From: Selaginella moellendorffii
Taxonomy: Eukaryota > Plantae > Lycopodiophyta
DNA length: 64,000 nucleotides
Direction: 5' to 3'
Assembly: GCF_000143415.4 (NCBI RefSeq)
Contig: NW_003314273.1
Coordinates: 754,074 to 818,073 of the forward strand
The notes below the pieces were generated by a model. It was given only the letters and a program-made list of their open reading frames with translations. It was not told the origin of the DNA and did no database searches. Made by a program: the position numbers and the translations under genes. Shown here piece after piece: positions 12,144 to 24,690 of the stretch (position 1 is the stretch's first letter; each line of letters starts with the position of its first letter).

Positions 12144-12913
12144 TCATATCAGTGTAATTATGTGATTACATAGTAAATTTAATTTTCTTAAGTAAATTAG
12201 ATAATGAAATATACATATATTGTGAGATCTAAATGTATAACTATATTGTTATACACTATTATTAGTAGAATGGGATTTTGGTATCCATTGAATTGGTTTT
12301 AAATGAACTACTTGCTTCTATATATAAACTAGGGTTTCTGGGCTAATCTAATATGCATTTATCACTCATATTACTAGAAGGCTTCAATTGTTCCTGAGGA
12401 GTGCTTAAATTTATGTTTTTAATTTAGCATTATCTAGATTTCTTTTTTTCTTAAATTTGTGTTTTTGATTTAGCATTATCTAAATCTCTCTTATTCTTAT
12501 ATTTTTTCTAATTTTTTCTTTTATTTTTCTTCTTTTCATTCATCTTTATAGTAGAGTAGTAACTTCCTCCTCCTTTAACTTTAAAGTAGCAATTGATGTA
12601 GTTGCTAAATGTTGTATGGTTGTAATAATCAAATTTAATTGATAGTAATATTCACAACATATGGTGTAACTCCTCTTGCTTTTACTAATCCATATGTTCA
12701 ATTAGAGTTCTTACAAATCCTAGGGATAATACAATTGGTTAAGTAATTTTATAGTGATTGCTACATATCATTCTTTGCATGATGTTCGATGTCTATACAA
12801 GTTTCCCACATGCTTTGAAGGGACAACACTATAATAGTACAATGGTTTGAGTGCAATAACTTGTGTAAATTACAGTTTTCTCTTGGACATCTTCAAATGC
12901 ACATTTAGATATC

Positions 12914-13114
12914 TGTAAATAACTAAAAAGAACAATTCTATAAAAAGAGACAATCTATAAAAGTTTAAATATAGAAGGAAAGGGCCCATGAACAAAAGTG
13001 CACCTCCTTTTTCAATCAGTTAAGGGTTTTGGGATAATTAAAATTAAATATCTTTGGGTTTGAGTAATATTAGGTTAGGTGACCTCCTAGGAAGTCTAAA
13101 CTTAGGAACTTATA
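12914..13114 (+). mobile_element. Decayed Cassandra solo LTR
   Basis: Colinear with the LTR at 28619-28812 (AAAGGGCCCATGAA...GGTGACCTCCTAGGAAGTC), with many C>T/G>A changes. Confidence 0.8.
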
Positions 13115-14716
13115 ACATGATGATGATGATGATAATACATTCTAGCAATTATATTATTTCCATCAAAAGTTGTATAAATTAATTATGCAAATTAGTGCTT
13201 GCTTTTGAAGCCTATTGCTTCATACGAAGCAAAATATATCAAAATGGATCAAATTGAGAATGTTATACTTGCTTTTGAAGCCTTTTGCTTCATATGAAAC
13301 CAAGTATATTAAAACAAATCAAGTTAAACATGTTATGGTTAGTGCTTTATCAAAATCTTGTGGGACTTATGTATGCACTTATTCTAGCCATCTTTGACGA
13401 CACTCTTCAGTTGGCATAATGTTATGAGAAATTACCTTCCCTACTTATTGTTACATGTACTTTAGCTCCATTTCGTGTGGAAGATGATTTTATTCTAATA
13501 GATGTTAATACTGTTGTTGCCTATGTTCAAGGATAAGGGTGAGCACATGGTTTTAGATGTGATGTTCACTACTAAGCATGTGATGAGGTTGATCATACAT
13601 ATCAATATTATGGTATTTTCCATATTAATATCCTTCATTTCTCCTAAGTGGAGGTCTTGGTGTCAATAATGTCATATTAATGTTGCTATGATAGAATGTT
13701 TTTATATAGGAATTTTTCCATGAAACAAGAAGTCAAGTAAGTAGTGACCTCTCCATCCTTTTTTCAAGAGTATCATCCAAAAGGTTCACTCAACATTAAT
13801 TTATCTAGTGTTTACTTTCCAAACTCTTTATTATAACAAGAGGTCTTTATTATTGTCTCTGTGTTAGTTGATACAATTTTGAATTTATCTTCTATCACTC
13901 AGTCTATTGCCATACATTTCCATCTACAGTTGCATCATGTGGCAGAGTTAATTTTCATTCTCTAAAGCAATCACTATACACATATATGTGTGTAAAATAA
14001 AGTGGACCCAATTATATATGTAAATGGTCTTAAGCTTGAGCTTCAATTATTGTAGGTGGTGCTAATTCAAACTTTTGACTTTATCTTTAATATGGATTAG
14101 TTGCAACACAATTATGTTAAATGTGACTTTAAAGCTTCTTCCCTTTGCTTAATACTTTTTTATTTCTCTCTCATTCATCTTATTTGTGTTTTATTTTGTC
14201 CTTTTGCTTTTACCTTTGCTTTCATCACTTTTATCTATTCATTATGTCTTACTTCTTACTTGTTTATTCCCTCTTCAAATCCCTCAGATAGTTTTTATAT
14301 TGTAGCAATTGATTGCCTTAAGGAGTATATTGATCTCTTCGACTTTGACATATTGTTTAAGGTTGATATTGCAATGCATCAACTAAAGATACTTGTTCAT
14401 TCAAAATTTTTGTTTAGTATTAGTCATCAAAGAAGATGAAATTTTCAATTGTAAATGTCAAGGAGGTGTTAGAAAAGGGTGTTATCTAAAAGTCTTGAAG
14501 TTTTTAAGTGTGTGAATCTCATCTTGTAACAAAGTTTAATAGGAGTATTTGATTCTACATCAACTATCATTTGTTAAACAAGGTAATTATCTTGGATGTA
14601 TATCCTCTTCCTCACATTATTAATCTTCTAGATCATTTAGGGATAAGTTATTAGTTCACTAAGTTAGATTTTGTTTCTAGATATTAGATAATGCCAATAG
14701 TCAAGAAGAATATTAT

Positions 14717-15111
14717 TGTAAGAAACCAAAAAGGATGATTCAAGACACGATCCATAAAGGTTCAAATATAAAGAGAAAGGGCCTATGAACAAGAATGCAC
14801 CTCCTTTTTCCAATCGATTAAGCGTTTTGGAATACTTGGGGTTAATGTAAGCTCCTGAATTTGGACTTCCCGGGAGGTCACCCAGCCCAGTACTATTCAA
14901 ACCCAAGGACGCTTAAACTCCAACTATCCTAAGACCTTTAACCGATTGGAAAGGGGGTGCACTCTTGTTCATGGGCCCTTTCCCTCTATATTTAACCCTA
15001 ACGGATCGTCTCTCAAGTCGTTCCCTTTAGTTGCTTACAGTTAAGTGTCCTTGGGTTTGAATATTATTAGGTTGGGTGATCTCCAGAGAAGTCCAAATTC
15101 AGAAACTTACA
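14717..15111 (+). mobile_element. Older Cassandra solo LTR interrupted by a younger inverted copy
   Basis: TGTAAG...CTTACA termini; imperfect TSD ATTAT/ATCAT. Confidence 0.85.
14846..15039 (-). mobile_element. Younger Cassandra solo LTR (194 bp), TSD GTTAA
   Basis: Close match to the reverse complement of the 28619-28812 LTR; GTTAA at 14841-14845 and 15040-15044. Confidence 0.92.
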
Positions 15112-15192
15112 ATCATTTAGTTTATACAAGTTTTTGGTGATGCTATTTGGTTTGAACAATGCTTTAACAACTTTCTAATGGATTATAGTGCA

Positions 15193-15326
15193 TGTGATTA
15201 TGGGATGAAATTTGGATATATTATCACCTTAGATTTTTGGCACTTGGGGGATATATGGGGATAAAATAGCCATTAAAGTGGATAATTATATCTTTTCTAA
15301 TTGGATTAACATGAGAGGGTGTTACA
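15193..15326 (+). repeat. About 140-bp TG..CA dispersed repeat (small solo-LTR-like); other copies at 28600-29350 (split by Cassandra) and about 39335-39478
   Basis: Shared TGTGATyATGGGATGArATTTGGATAT...GATAAAATAGCCA...TTACA; no TSD seen. Confidence 0.6.
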
Positions 15327-15339
15327 CTAATAATAAATG

Positions 15340-15620
15340 AGGTTCTCTGTGATATGCTAGAGGTGACTACTAACAAACTATACAAATGATTTTGAAGCTC
15401 TTAAGTGAAGATCATCCTTAGATGAGTGGGCAAATTGAGCATGTCAATCAAATAGTAAGAGATATACTATAATGTAGCATTGGCCAAAGGTAGGGATAAT
15501 AGAATTTATATCTTTCATTAGTGCAATTCACTTACAATAATATTAGGCACAATGAAACTAAGTTAAATCTTTACTTTTTCATGTTTGGAAGGCATCTCTA
15601 AATACCATTGGAGAGGTGAC
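15340..15620 (+). pseudogene. Ty3/Gypsy integrase relic
   Basis: Translates DHP*MSGQIEHVNQIVRDIL, a transition-eroded form of HPQTDGQTERVNQ. Confidence 0.65.
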
Positions 15621-16375
15621 TATTAACTTTATTAATAACATCTTAATTCATTTGGAGGGAGAATGGGAATAATATATTCATAATATTCACAAAGTGTTGG
15701 ATCAATTGTGAGAAGTTGGTTTGAAGCTAAAGCACTTGAAGTATATCTTTGGGTTCAAGGATACGTCTCATGAAGTTTTGCAAATTATTTGATAAACTTT
15801 TAGTTGTTCTAAAGTTCCCTATTCTGAAGTATATAAATGATGTATAATTCTTTTTAGGTAGGATGTAATATCTTGGTTGTTTTATTGATCATTTTTTTAA
15901 TTATACTACACTATTGCAAGCATTGCTAAAACTATCAATATTACCTTTTATATAAGTAGAGGTGAATTACTTCATAATAGAGGAGTGTTTAGTAAACAAC
16001 CCTAAGCCCTAACCCCCAACACAACAGTTTAGGGTTTTAAGATAGAAAGCTCTAATTCTTGGACATTACTAAAATTTGATAATGCTATGGTTACTTCATT
16101 GTTGAAGCAAAAGAACTTAGTTGGTCATACTGTTCGATAGGCTTTAAAACTCCATATATATAATATCAAAGTTGTTCATTTCCTGAAAAGTTATATAGTT
16201 AATATTAATGCTCTTTCTTGAGCTCCTTTCCTTTCTTTGTCCTTTTATTATATACTTGATGAGTTTGTTGTTCCATTTATAACTTCTTGAATTTGGCTAA
16301 TACTAACACCCTTTGTTGAGCTCTTCTTATTTTTTTACCCTCTTTTCTATTTTCTGATGAGTTTGTTGTTCCACT

Positions 16376-16600
16376 TGTAACCTCCAGAATTTAAACTTCC
16401 TAGGAGGTCACCCACCCCATATATAACTTTATGAATTTGGACTTCCTAAAAGGTTATTTAACCCAATATTCTTTAAACCCAAGGATGTTTAATCTTAAAC
16501 ATCTCAAAACTCTTAACCAATTGGAAAAGGGTGTGTAATAGCCCTTTCCTTTTATATTTTAACTTTAATGAATCATTTTTCAAGTCGTTCTCTTTATAAT
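16376..16600 (-). mobile_element. Decayed and rearranged Cassandra LTR fragments
   Basis: ACTTCCTAGGAGGTCACCCA, AAACCCAAGGATG and CAAGTCGTTC match the LTR reverse complement. Confidence 0.7.
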
Positions 16601-16678
16601 TTGTTATTTATAATTCGTGTTTTAAGTTGTTTATAATTCGTGTTTTTGTTAGATATCAATATTAATATATGGTGTGAT

Positions 16679-17165
16679 TGTAGCATATATGACTTTTACA
16701 CTTTACTCTAGGGTGATTTACCATAGGATAACCATAAAGCAAAACTAAACCTTTGGATACATAGGCCAATGTTAGTAGAGCAAAATTTAAGTTTCAAGGC
16801 TTTAGACCACTAAATGAAAAGACAGTTAAACTCCCAAATTATAGCTAAGGAGTGAAAGAATTGAAGCATGAAGTGACTCCTAAGCATAAAACTCAAGGAG
16901 TGAAAGAACAAAAGCATGGAGTAACATAAAAATAATCCTAGAACATTTAACATCCCAAATATGTGAAATGAAGCCAAAAAAGGTTTTGGCATTATTTTAG
17001 TATATCAATAGTCTAATTCAAGGATATGAGTACCCCACTAACTAGCATGGTTAAGAGTTTTGGCTTAGACTCAAGCCAAATGCAAAATAAAGATAAGCAT
17101 GCAAGTGAAAGTTAAACTATATCTTAAGTTAGTTAACCATACATTCTACCCACTATCTCTATTAT
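16679..17165 (+). mobile_element. Decayed partial copy of the solo LTR that begins at 30057
   Basis: TGTAGC...GTGATTTACCATAGGATAACCAT...CTAGCATGGT...CTACCCACTATC is colinear with 30057-30580. Confidence 0.8.
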
Positions 17166-17399
17166 GTGAATTTTTCTATTAACTGGACATGTGACATGAT
17201 ATTATTCAGTATATGTATAGTTGCATTTGATGCGAAGCTCATAATACTCCCCTTTATGCTGCAGAAAGACAATTGGGCTCAATTGTAATTTTCCATTTAT
17301 TTAAGTTAGTAACATTTGATCTAATATAGTATTTTCCATAATCGACTATTAGCATAAATACATTATTATCCTTTTCGACTAATTGACTTGTTGGGTGGA

Positions 17400-17770
17400 A
17401 GATTGTGTTTTTTTTGTGAGTTTCTGACTACTATTGGATATTTCCTCCTCAATCGAGTGGTGTTCTAGCATTCTTATTTAGAGCAAATTTTATCATATAA
17501 TAATCTTGCATTTATAATTGAGGCATTTCATGTTTTAATGTCTTAGTTAAGGATATGCATACTTTCACAAGTGTTTATTATTCATAAATAGATGGTTTGG
17601 TGGAATAGATTGTTCAAACAATCAAAGTGATGATCACAAAATATATGAAATTTTAGCATTTGGATTGGAGATAGTTATTTACTGTTTCTTTGGTATACAT
17701 ATGTCACATAAGTATAAAGTTTGTTGGTGCTTCATTATATAAACTTTTATATGGTCATGATTTAATATTT
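17400..17770 (+). pseudogene. Second Gypsy-type integrase relic
   Basis: Near 17575 translates YYS*IDGLVE*IVQTIKVMI, an eroded YHPQTDGLVERxxQTIK. Confidence 0.5.
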
Positions 17771-17940
17771 TCAACGAAGTTGAGATTATCTTTGCAATTG
17801 CCATAAATTGCCAATATTAAATCTTAGCATCATTAATTTGACAAACATTCTTCCATTGGTTCAAACAAAGTTTATTGAATATATAACCATGTACAAGTGG
17901 GACAACAACCGTACTATAACTCCTATCATCATTTACCTAC

Positions 17941-18120
17941 TATAAACAACCAAAGAAAATGATTTAAGAAATGATTTATAATATTTAAATATAAAGGGAA
18001 AGGGTCTGTAAACAAACATACACCCCCTTTTTCAATCAATTAAAAGTATTGGGATATTTAGGGTTAAGTGTTTTTAGGTTTTAATAATACTGGGTTAGGA
18101 GACTTTTTAATTTGTCTAAA
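17941..18120 (+). mobile_element. Heavily decayed Cassandra solo LTR
   Basis: AACAACCAAAG...AAATATAAAGGGAAAGGG...GGTTAAGTG...AATACTGGGTT. Confidence 0.7.
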
Positions 18121-18937
18121 GGACTTCTTATTCAGTGAAAAAAACTATACATAGACATAACATTTAACATAACATTTAACAAACTAATCCTCCTAAAATT
18201 ATATATGTATTATAGTTGAATGCTTTGCTTAAAGGGGTAAAAAAAGATTAAAAAATTGACACCATTTACAAATCCACTGGTGTCTCTTTGTACACAGATG
18301 TGACATTTAATATAACATTTAATAAACTAATCCTCCAGAAATTATATATATATTATAGCTAAAGTGCTTCAATAAAATGGATAAAAATTAATTAATACCA
18401 TTTACAAATCCATTAGTGCTTCCTTTTGTGTTTTTCCAAATCCTAGCTATCAACTAAAGAACATTAACTACCTTTATCTTTACAAGAGGAGGGGATGATG
18501 TGAAATTTAAATGTATTGGCTATAATGTTATACATTATTATTAAAGTTGTGCAATTTTGGTAGTTATAAAATTTGTTTCAATCCATACCATTTGCTTTTA
18601 TATATAAGTTATGGTTTTGGGGCTAATAAAAAATACATATTTTTATATTTTATTTTTATATTCCATGCAATTACATAATCAAATTTTTATTATTCATTAA
18701 TGTTATTTTTATAGAGTTTCATGAATTTTCATTTTTGTGATTTAAACTTTCTTAAAAATTACTATCTGATTTTTTAATTAATAAATGTTTCCTTAAAATA
18801 AAAATAGCCTTTTAACATTTTAAATTCTGAAACTTTTTGCTTCTAAAATAGCACTAATTGGAAATAAAATCTCAGCTTTATAATTTTTTCAAATTAAACG
18901 CTAGGGATATCACTTATATGTGTCTTGTGCTCAGGCA

Positions 18938-21559
18938 ATGGCGCTCCTGGCTATGGCGACAGCCACCGCATTCAGTCCTCTTGCCACGGATCGCCACAAG
19001 TGGAAGTCGAGGACTGCGCGAAGATCTTCCTCCATCGTTGCCATGGTTGCCGTCAAGAACGATGAGGACGAGCCTTGCATTGTTGATCCTCTTCTTCCAT
19101 CGGAGCGAAAGGTACTACCGTTACATTTTCTCGTAGCTAAGCAACGATGGCCTTGCACTGACAGAGATCGCCGTCAGACCTTGGCACTCTTTTTCGAAGA
19201 TTTTCCAAAGTCGCTGCGCCATACTGGAGCTCGGATGACAAATCACAGGCAAGAATCCGCCTCGTTGGTGTCTTCGCTCTCACGCTCGCAACGACGGGAA
19301 TAAGCGTGGGATTTAACTTCCTTGGGAGAGATTTCTACAACTCACTCGCAAGTAAGTTTTAGACTATTTTCTGATGTGTATCTTTCTTTCTTCTTTCAGG
19401 CAAGGATCAAGAGCAATTCACTCGGCAGCTCCTATACTATCTGGGAGCATTCATTGCTGGAATCCCGGTAAGCTTTTGGTGGTTTCTTCTATTTTTTTCA
19501 ACGATTGAAACCATCAACACTTTGATTGAAGGTGTTTGTCTTCCGAGACTATAGCCGTGATACTTTGTCTCTTCGCTGGAGAGCATGGATGACAAAGTAT
19601 TACTTGGAACGATATTTTGAGAATAGATCATTCTACAACATCCAGTCTCAGTCGCTTGTGGATAACCCGGATCAACGCGTGGTCGACGATTTAAACTCCT
19701 TCACAGCCACCGCTTTGGGATTCAGCCTAGCTCTTTTCAACGCTACGATCGATCTTATATCCTTCAGCGGTATTCTTTACAGCATATATCCACCGCTCTT
19801 TGGAGTTCTTGTAGTTTACTCCATTGGCGGCACTGCAATAAGCGTTGCGCTAGGAAAGGTAGATTGTCTTGTTTATCTTTTTATATCTTGCTCAGCTCCG
19901 GTAAATGCAGGGTCTAGTGGATCTTAACTTTATGCAAGAAAAGAGAGAAGCTGATTTTAGATATGGCTTGGTGCGCGTGCGAGAAAATACCGAGTCTATT
20001 GCGTTCTATCAAGGAGAAACGAATGAGATCCAGCTGCTGCTGGAGCGTTTCAGACAAACCTTTGACAACTACAGTGTACGAGCTTTTCTCTTGTGGTAAA
20101 TATCGCGAGTGCACTGTGTTGCCCCCGTGCTCTTTGTTGCTCTCTAGGCAGTGTTTTTTTTTCAAGTGTTCTGAAAACTAATGCTTTTTCATTTGTGACT
20201 TTACAGCAACTGCTCTTAGCTTCGAGAAATCTTCAGTTTTTCCAAAGCGGCTACAGATATGTGATCCAGGTTTTACCTGCAGCCGTTGTTGCTCCACTCT
20301 ATTTTACTGGCAAGATTGATTTCGGGGTTATCAATCAGTCTTTTTCTGCGTTCAACCACATCCTGGGCGACTTTTCCTTGATCATATATCAGTTTCAGTC
20401 GCTGAGCTCGTTTTCTGCTGTTATTGATCGTCTGGGTACGCTTCTATATATTTCCTTTCGGCTTGTTTGTTCCTATTTTATGGTTGTCGTTTCTTATTGT
20501 TTCTTACAGGTGAATTCAGTGATATACTGGATGCACAAGTAGCAACTGAGGATCTGATAGGCATCAAAATCTTTGACTACGTTGAGAAAGATGCAAAGCC
20601 TCTTCTTTTGGAAGTGGAGGAGTTAACGCTCCAGACCCCTCAGTATACATTGGTTCTTATCGAAAACCTCACGTTCAGTATCTCTCAAGGACAAAATCTT
20701 CTGGTTCGTATAAGCAAAGCTGGATGTGTTGTATTTTAACGTATTTTATAGGTGATGGGTGCCAGTGGGAGTGGAAAAACATCGCTTCTAAGAGCTATTG
20801 CTGGACTCTGGAAGTGTGGAAGCGGGTCAATCAAACGCTACTTTACCGGAAACTCCTCCAAGTCCAATGGCTCCATCCTGCTGGAACGCACCATAGAGGA
20901 TATCTTGTTTCTTCCTCAGAAGCCATACATGGTCCTTGGAACATTAAAACAGCAGCTCCTATATCCAACATGGAACGTGGAAGAGAAAGAGGAGCTTGAT
21001 GATGGTAAACACTTGTTTTCTCCTTTGTTCTTCACAAAGTTCTAGCTTTAACTTCATTCCTGCATGTAGGCCTACTTTCGCAATCCTCCACACGACCAAA
21101 ACCCCGAAACGCTGAGCCAGCTGATGATCAGCTAGCGGAAGTTCTCCGCCAAGTAAAGCTGGGACAACTCCTCACTCGCTGCAATGGCTTGGACTCCTTC
21201 GCCGACTGGTCCAGCGTGTTATCCCTGGGAGAGCAGCAGCGCCTTGCGTTCGCCCGTATGCTACTTTCAAAACCAAGGCTCGCTCTCCTGGACGAAGCAA
21301 CCAGCGCTCTCGACGAAGAAACTGAGGTCTGTGCTGAGTTTTTCTTGATGATGATGATGATGGTGATGGTATTGCTGCGCAGGCACATTTATATGGAGTG
21401 CTGAAAACATCAGGGATATCCGTGATTAGCGTCGGGCACAGAAGCACGCTCCGTCGCTTCCACACGCACTTGCTCAGGCTCGACAATAAAAACGATGCCA
21501 ACTCTTGGTCACTCGAGAATCTGGAGCAATGCGAGCAACAAACTCTTGGCACCAACTGA
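18938..21559 (+). CDS. ABCD2: ABC transporter D family half-transporter, plastid type (ABCD2-like), multi-exon
   Basis: [31 protein letters not shown], Walker [39 protein letters not shown]; transit-peptide-like N-terminus. Confidence 0.88.
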
Positions 21560-23249
21560 GAGATATTTATGCACTCCTGCAGGCCACGCCTCACGGGTAA
21601 GCACTGCTGTTTTTGTTTTCGCACCAGTTTTTCTTGCGCTCTCGAACGTGTTCTTCGCTTATAAACACTCTGTGCACTTGCAGCTCGACCAACCAACACA
21701 CCCTCTTTAAAGAAGTGGAGGAAAAAAAAGAGAGGCCAAGAGTTTCCAGTGGCATATTGACAGTGTGGCTACTGCTTCTGCCGCTGCTGGCTGCCAAGCG
21801 AATCGCGTTGAATATCAAGCTGACAGGCAACGTTAGTTGAAAGAGAGAAGGAAGGGGATGGGAATAATTTGCAGAGGCCCGGACAGACAGGCATAAACAT
21901 AGCACGCAAAGTGGTCGCGGCTCCTCCTCTCAAAGTCTCACAGCTAGATTCAATCCAGAGGCCGAGGCTTAACAGGAAGCAAATCGCGGAGAGCCATAGC
22001 TATGGAGGAGACAAGCAAAGCAAAAGCCGGGCAAAAAGCAAAGCAAAACAAGAGCAAGCAGCGCAGGCAGAAACAAAGTCATCCACAGCAAATGGAGGGA
22101 GAAAAAAATCTTGGGCTGCTTTTCAGAGGAGATTCTCTTAGAGAGATTTCTTTGGAGAGGTGGTCACGCGTGCAAACAAAAGCTTTCGTTGCGGCCAGCG
22201 ATGGATGGAAGAAAATGGACGCGCCAAGGACAGACAGGATGGGCAAAGCTGCCTGTGGTCACTCCCGACCATTTGGATTATTAATCACAAGTTGTAAGGA
22301 TTAGCGTTTTAACCTGTGAAATTAGCAGTGTTTTAAGTTAACTAGTCATGGTGGAACCAGCTAGTATTCTTTGTAGCTTTCCATTTTATCTCTATGCTTA
22401 TGCTTGTGGATGGATATGGACTGTACAGAACGAGGTGGATATACCGTGCGCTGTAGGAACGTTCGTTTTTGGCATATTCTCCTGGCCACAAAGGCGCAAC
22501 TTGGGTCATGGGCGTGAAGTACAATACAAGGAGCTAGGAAACAAAAAAACAAAATAATACATCCAAACCTTTATGCTTTTATAGCCGTATGCATTGTTAA
22601 TACTTTTTTATAATAAAGTGTATACACTATTCATACTTTTATTATAAAAGCATACGAAAATTAAAAAAATATAGTTTTCCAGAAGTAGCCTGTGGACCAT
22701 AGCCATTTGGCGCGAACATTTCGCTTCAACTGAAAATCGACAAGAAATGTGTGGCCCTGTGCGGAGGATCTCCGCGAATATTCCCCTTCTTCTTTTATTT
22801 TTCGGGGGTGTGCGTTTTGTGTCGTCGAGTGATTTCGATCCACTCCTTGTGTACCAGGAGATCACGAACAAGGAATGCTGGCCTCACACAAATTCGCTTA
22901 AACAACTCGGGTGTCAATCGATCGAGATCAATCTAGAAAAGCCCGAGGAAGAAAGAAAACCGCGCCCAACTATCCTATTCTATGCATAGTAAAAGCTATA
23001 GCGCGCGTCGATCAATCCATCGATCCATTCGTCCAACTGGACAGAATGTGACCCTCGAATCAATTCGATGGCGCCCGGAGAGCGAGCCCAAATGGATGGA
23101 TCGAAGACCCACCTCCAAATTCTCCCGCCCCCAATGTAAAGAAACACACAAAGCCAGGGAAATTATTCTTGTTTAAACATGCATCGTGCTCTACCTTGTT
23201 CTTCCGGTGATCACGGGGAAGAAAGATTCTTCTTCTTCTTCTTCTTCTT

Positions 23250-24125
23250 CTAGGCTCGGAGGAGGAAAATGCTGAGCTCCTGGCCTGGGGAGCCATCCGG
23301 ATTGATCATGTGGAACGACTCCGAGTCCGCGGATCCCACTACTCGCTCGTACGTAGCGCGCATGTACATGAGCTCGTCCAATTCCTGATCATCCGAACCC
23401 GCGGGATCCCCGGAGGAGCTCTGGACGGGGATCACTCCAGCGCCCATCGAGACCGATTGCATCAATCCCAGCACGGCCCTGTCGGGCTCCGTGAAGGGCC
23501 TCCTCACCGCGAATCCAACCTTGCGCCCATTGCAGTACATCGTCCACACTGGCTCCGAGTAGAGATGCCGGTCGCGCTGGTGGTGGCGGTGATTCTTCTT
23601 CCTTGGCGAGCATGGCTCGTTTGATGATTCGTGCCTCTTCTCGCATTCCATCGCGATCCGGAGGAGCCCCGAGGACATCTCCTTGACGAGGAGGACGGTG
23701 GGCATGGCCAGCTCCAGGAGCATCACGGGCGGCTCGCGGGGATCCTCCTGGATGCTCATCACCACCTTGCCTTTGCGCTGGCCAAAGATGGTGCCGGTGA
23801 CGACCGAGGAGGATCGCCTGGAGGAGGAATCGTGGTCCTTGGAGGAGGAATTGGAGGAGATTGGAGGGGATGTGGTGGTGGTGGCGGTGGAGGAGGAGGA
23901 GGAGGTGGAGGAGCTCCGGATCTTGGTCTCGAATTGGAGCTTGCAGCCACAGCAGCAGGGGATCACGAGAGAGCCCAGCATCGACGCGAGAGATCTCCAG
24001 CACTTGACGTCCTTCTCGCAGTGGACGCTGGTGGGCTCGTCGATTATGTTGTCCTGCTTGCTCAAATCCACCATCTTGACCGATCTCGGCCGGCCCCCGC
24101 CCGCAATCATCGGTGCCACCCCCAT
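23250..24125 (-). CDS. MIZU-KUSSEI1-like (DUF617) protein
   Basis: VTGTIFGQRKG, LVKEMSSGLLRIAMECEK, WTMYCNGRKVGFAVRR, YMRATYERVVGSADSESFHMINPDG...ELSIFLLR. Confidence 0.92.
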   Translation of the reverse strand: MGVAPMIAGGGRPRSVKMVDLSKQDNIIDEPTSVHCEKDVKCWRSLASMLGSLVIPCCCGCKLQFETKIRSSSTSSSSSTATTTTSPPISSNSSSKDHDSSSRRSSSVVTGTIFGQRKGKVVMSIQEDPREPPVMLLELAMPTVLLVKEMSSGLLRIAMECEKRHESSNEPCSPRKKNHRHHQRDRHLYSEPVWTMYCNGRKVGFAVRRPFTEPDRAVLGLMQSVSMGAGVIPVQSSSGDPAGSDDQELDELMYMRATYERVVGSADSESFHMINPDGSPGQELSIFLLRA

Positions 24126-24690
24126 AGCTAGCGAGCTCCTCTTCTTCTCTTCCCAGAGAGAAAAGCTTTTCTTTTCCGTTGCTGTGAATCAAGGAGGGAA
24201 CTTGGAGGCGATTGATCAAAGAACCCAAGAAGAGCTCTACAAGATTCTCGAGAGAAAAAGTGAATTTTTTTTCCTGGAAACGATTGATCAATCAAGAACC
24301 AGCTCGCGATTTAAGCGGCCTTGCTTGGCAGGCAATCCAGTAGCTCCCAAGCCACTCAAATCGATTCTTCCATGCTCGCTCTCCTCTCTCGATTTCCTAG
24401 AGACTGTGTCGATCAAACAGCGCCTTTTTTTCCCTGACGCTAGACAAGCCCGAAAAAACAAAGTGGCAGCTCAAATAAACAAGAGTGGTCCATTCCATTC
24501 CATTCCGTCCGCCAGACCGAACGGTTACTTGGACGGAATATACACCGGCCACATAGTGAAAGATCCGCTTATTTAAGTTCTTCCATTGTCCAAAATTCCA
24601 GGAACGCATACAATTAGCTTAGCTCTCTCTCCATCTTAAATTTTTCTCTCAGTTCGTCGTCGTTATTCCCACGATACATCGCCTCTCTCG

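Noticed and set aside
11412-12173. ORFs of 214-253 aa
   Set aside because: Artefacts of the N gap.
15996-16040. Interstitial telomeric repeat
   Set aside because: Only 2-3 imperfect units; no array.
21600-23200. Short ORFs or a miRNA locus between ABCD2 and the MIZ1-like gene
   Set aside because: No recognisable domain, conserved miRNA or long hairpin found by eye.
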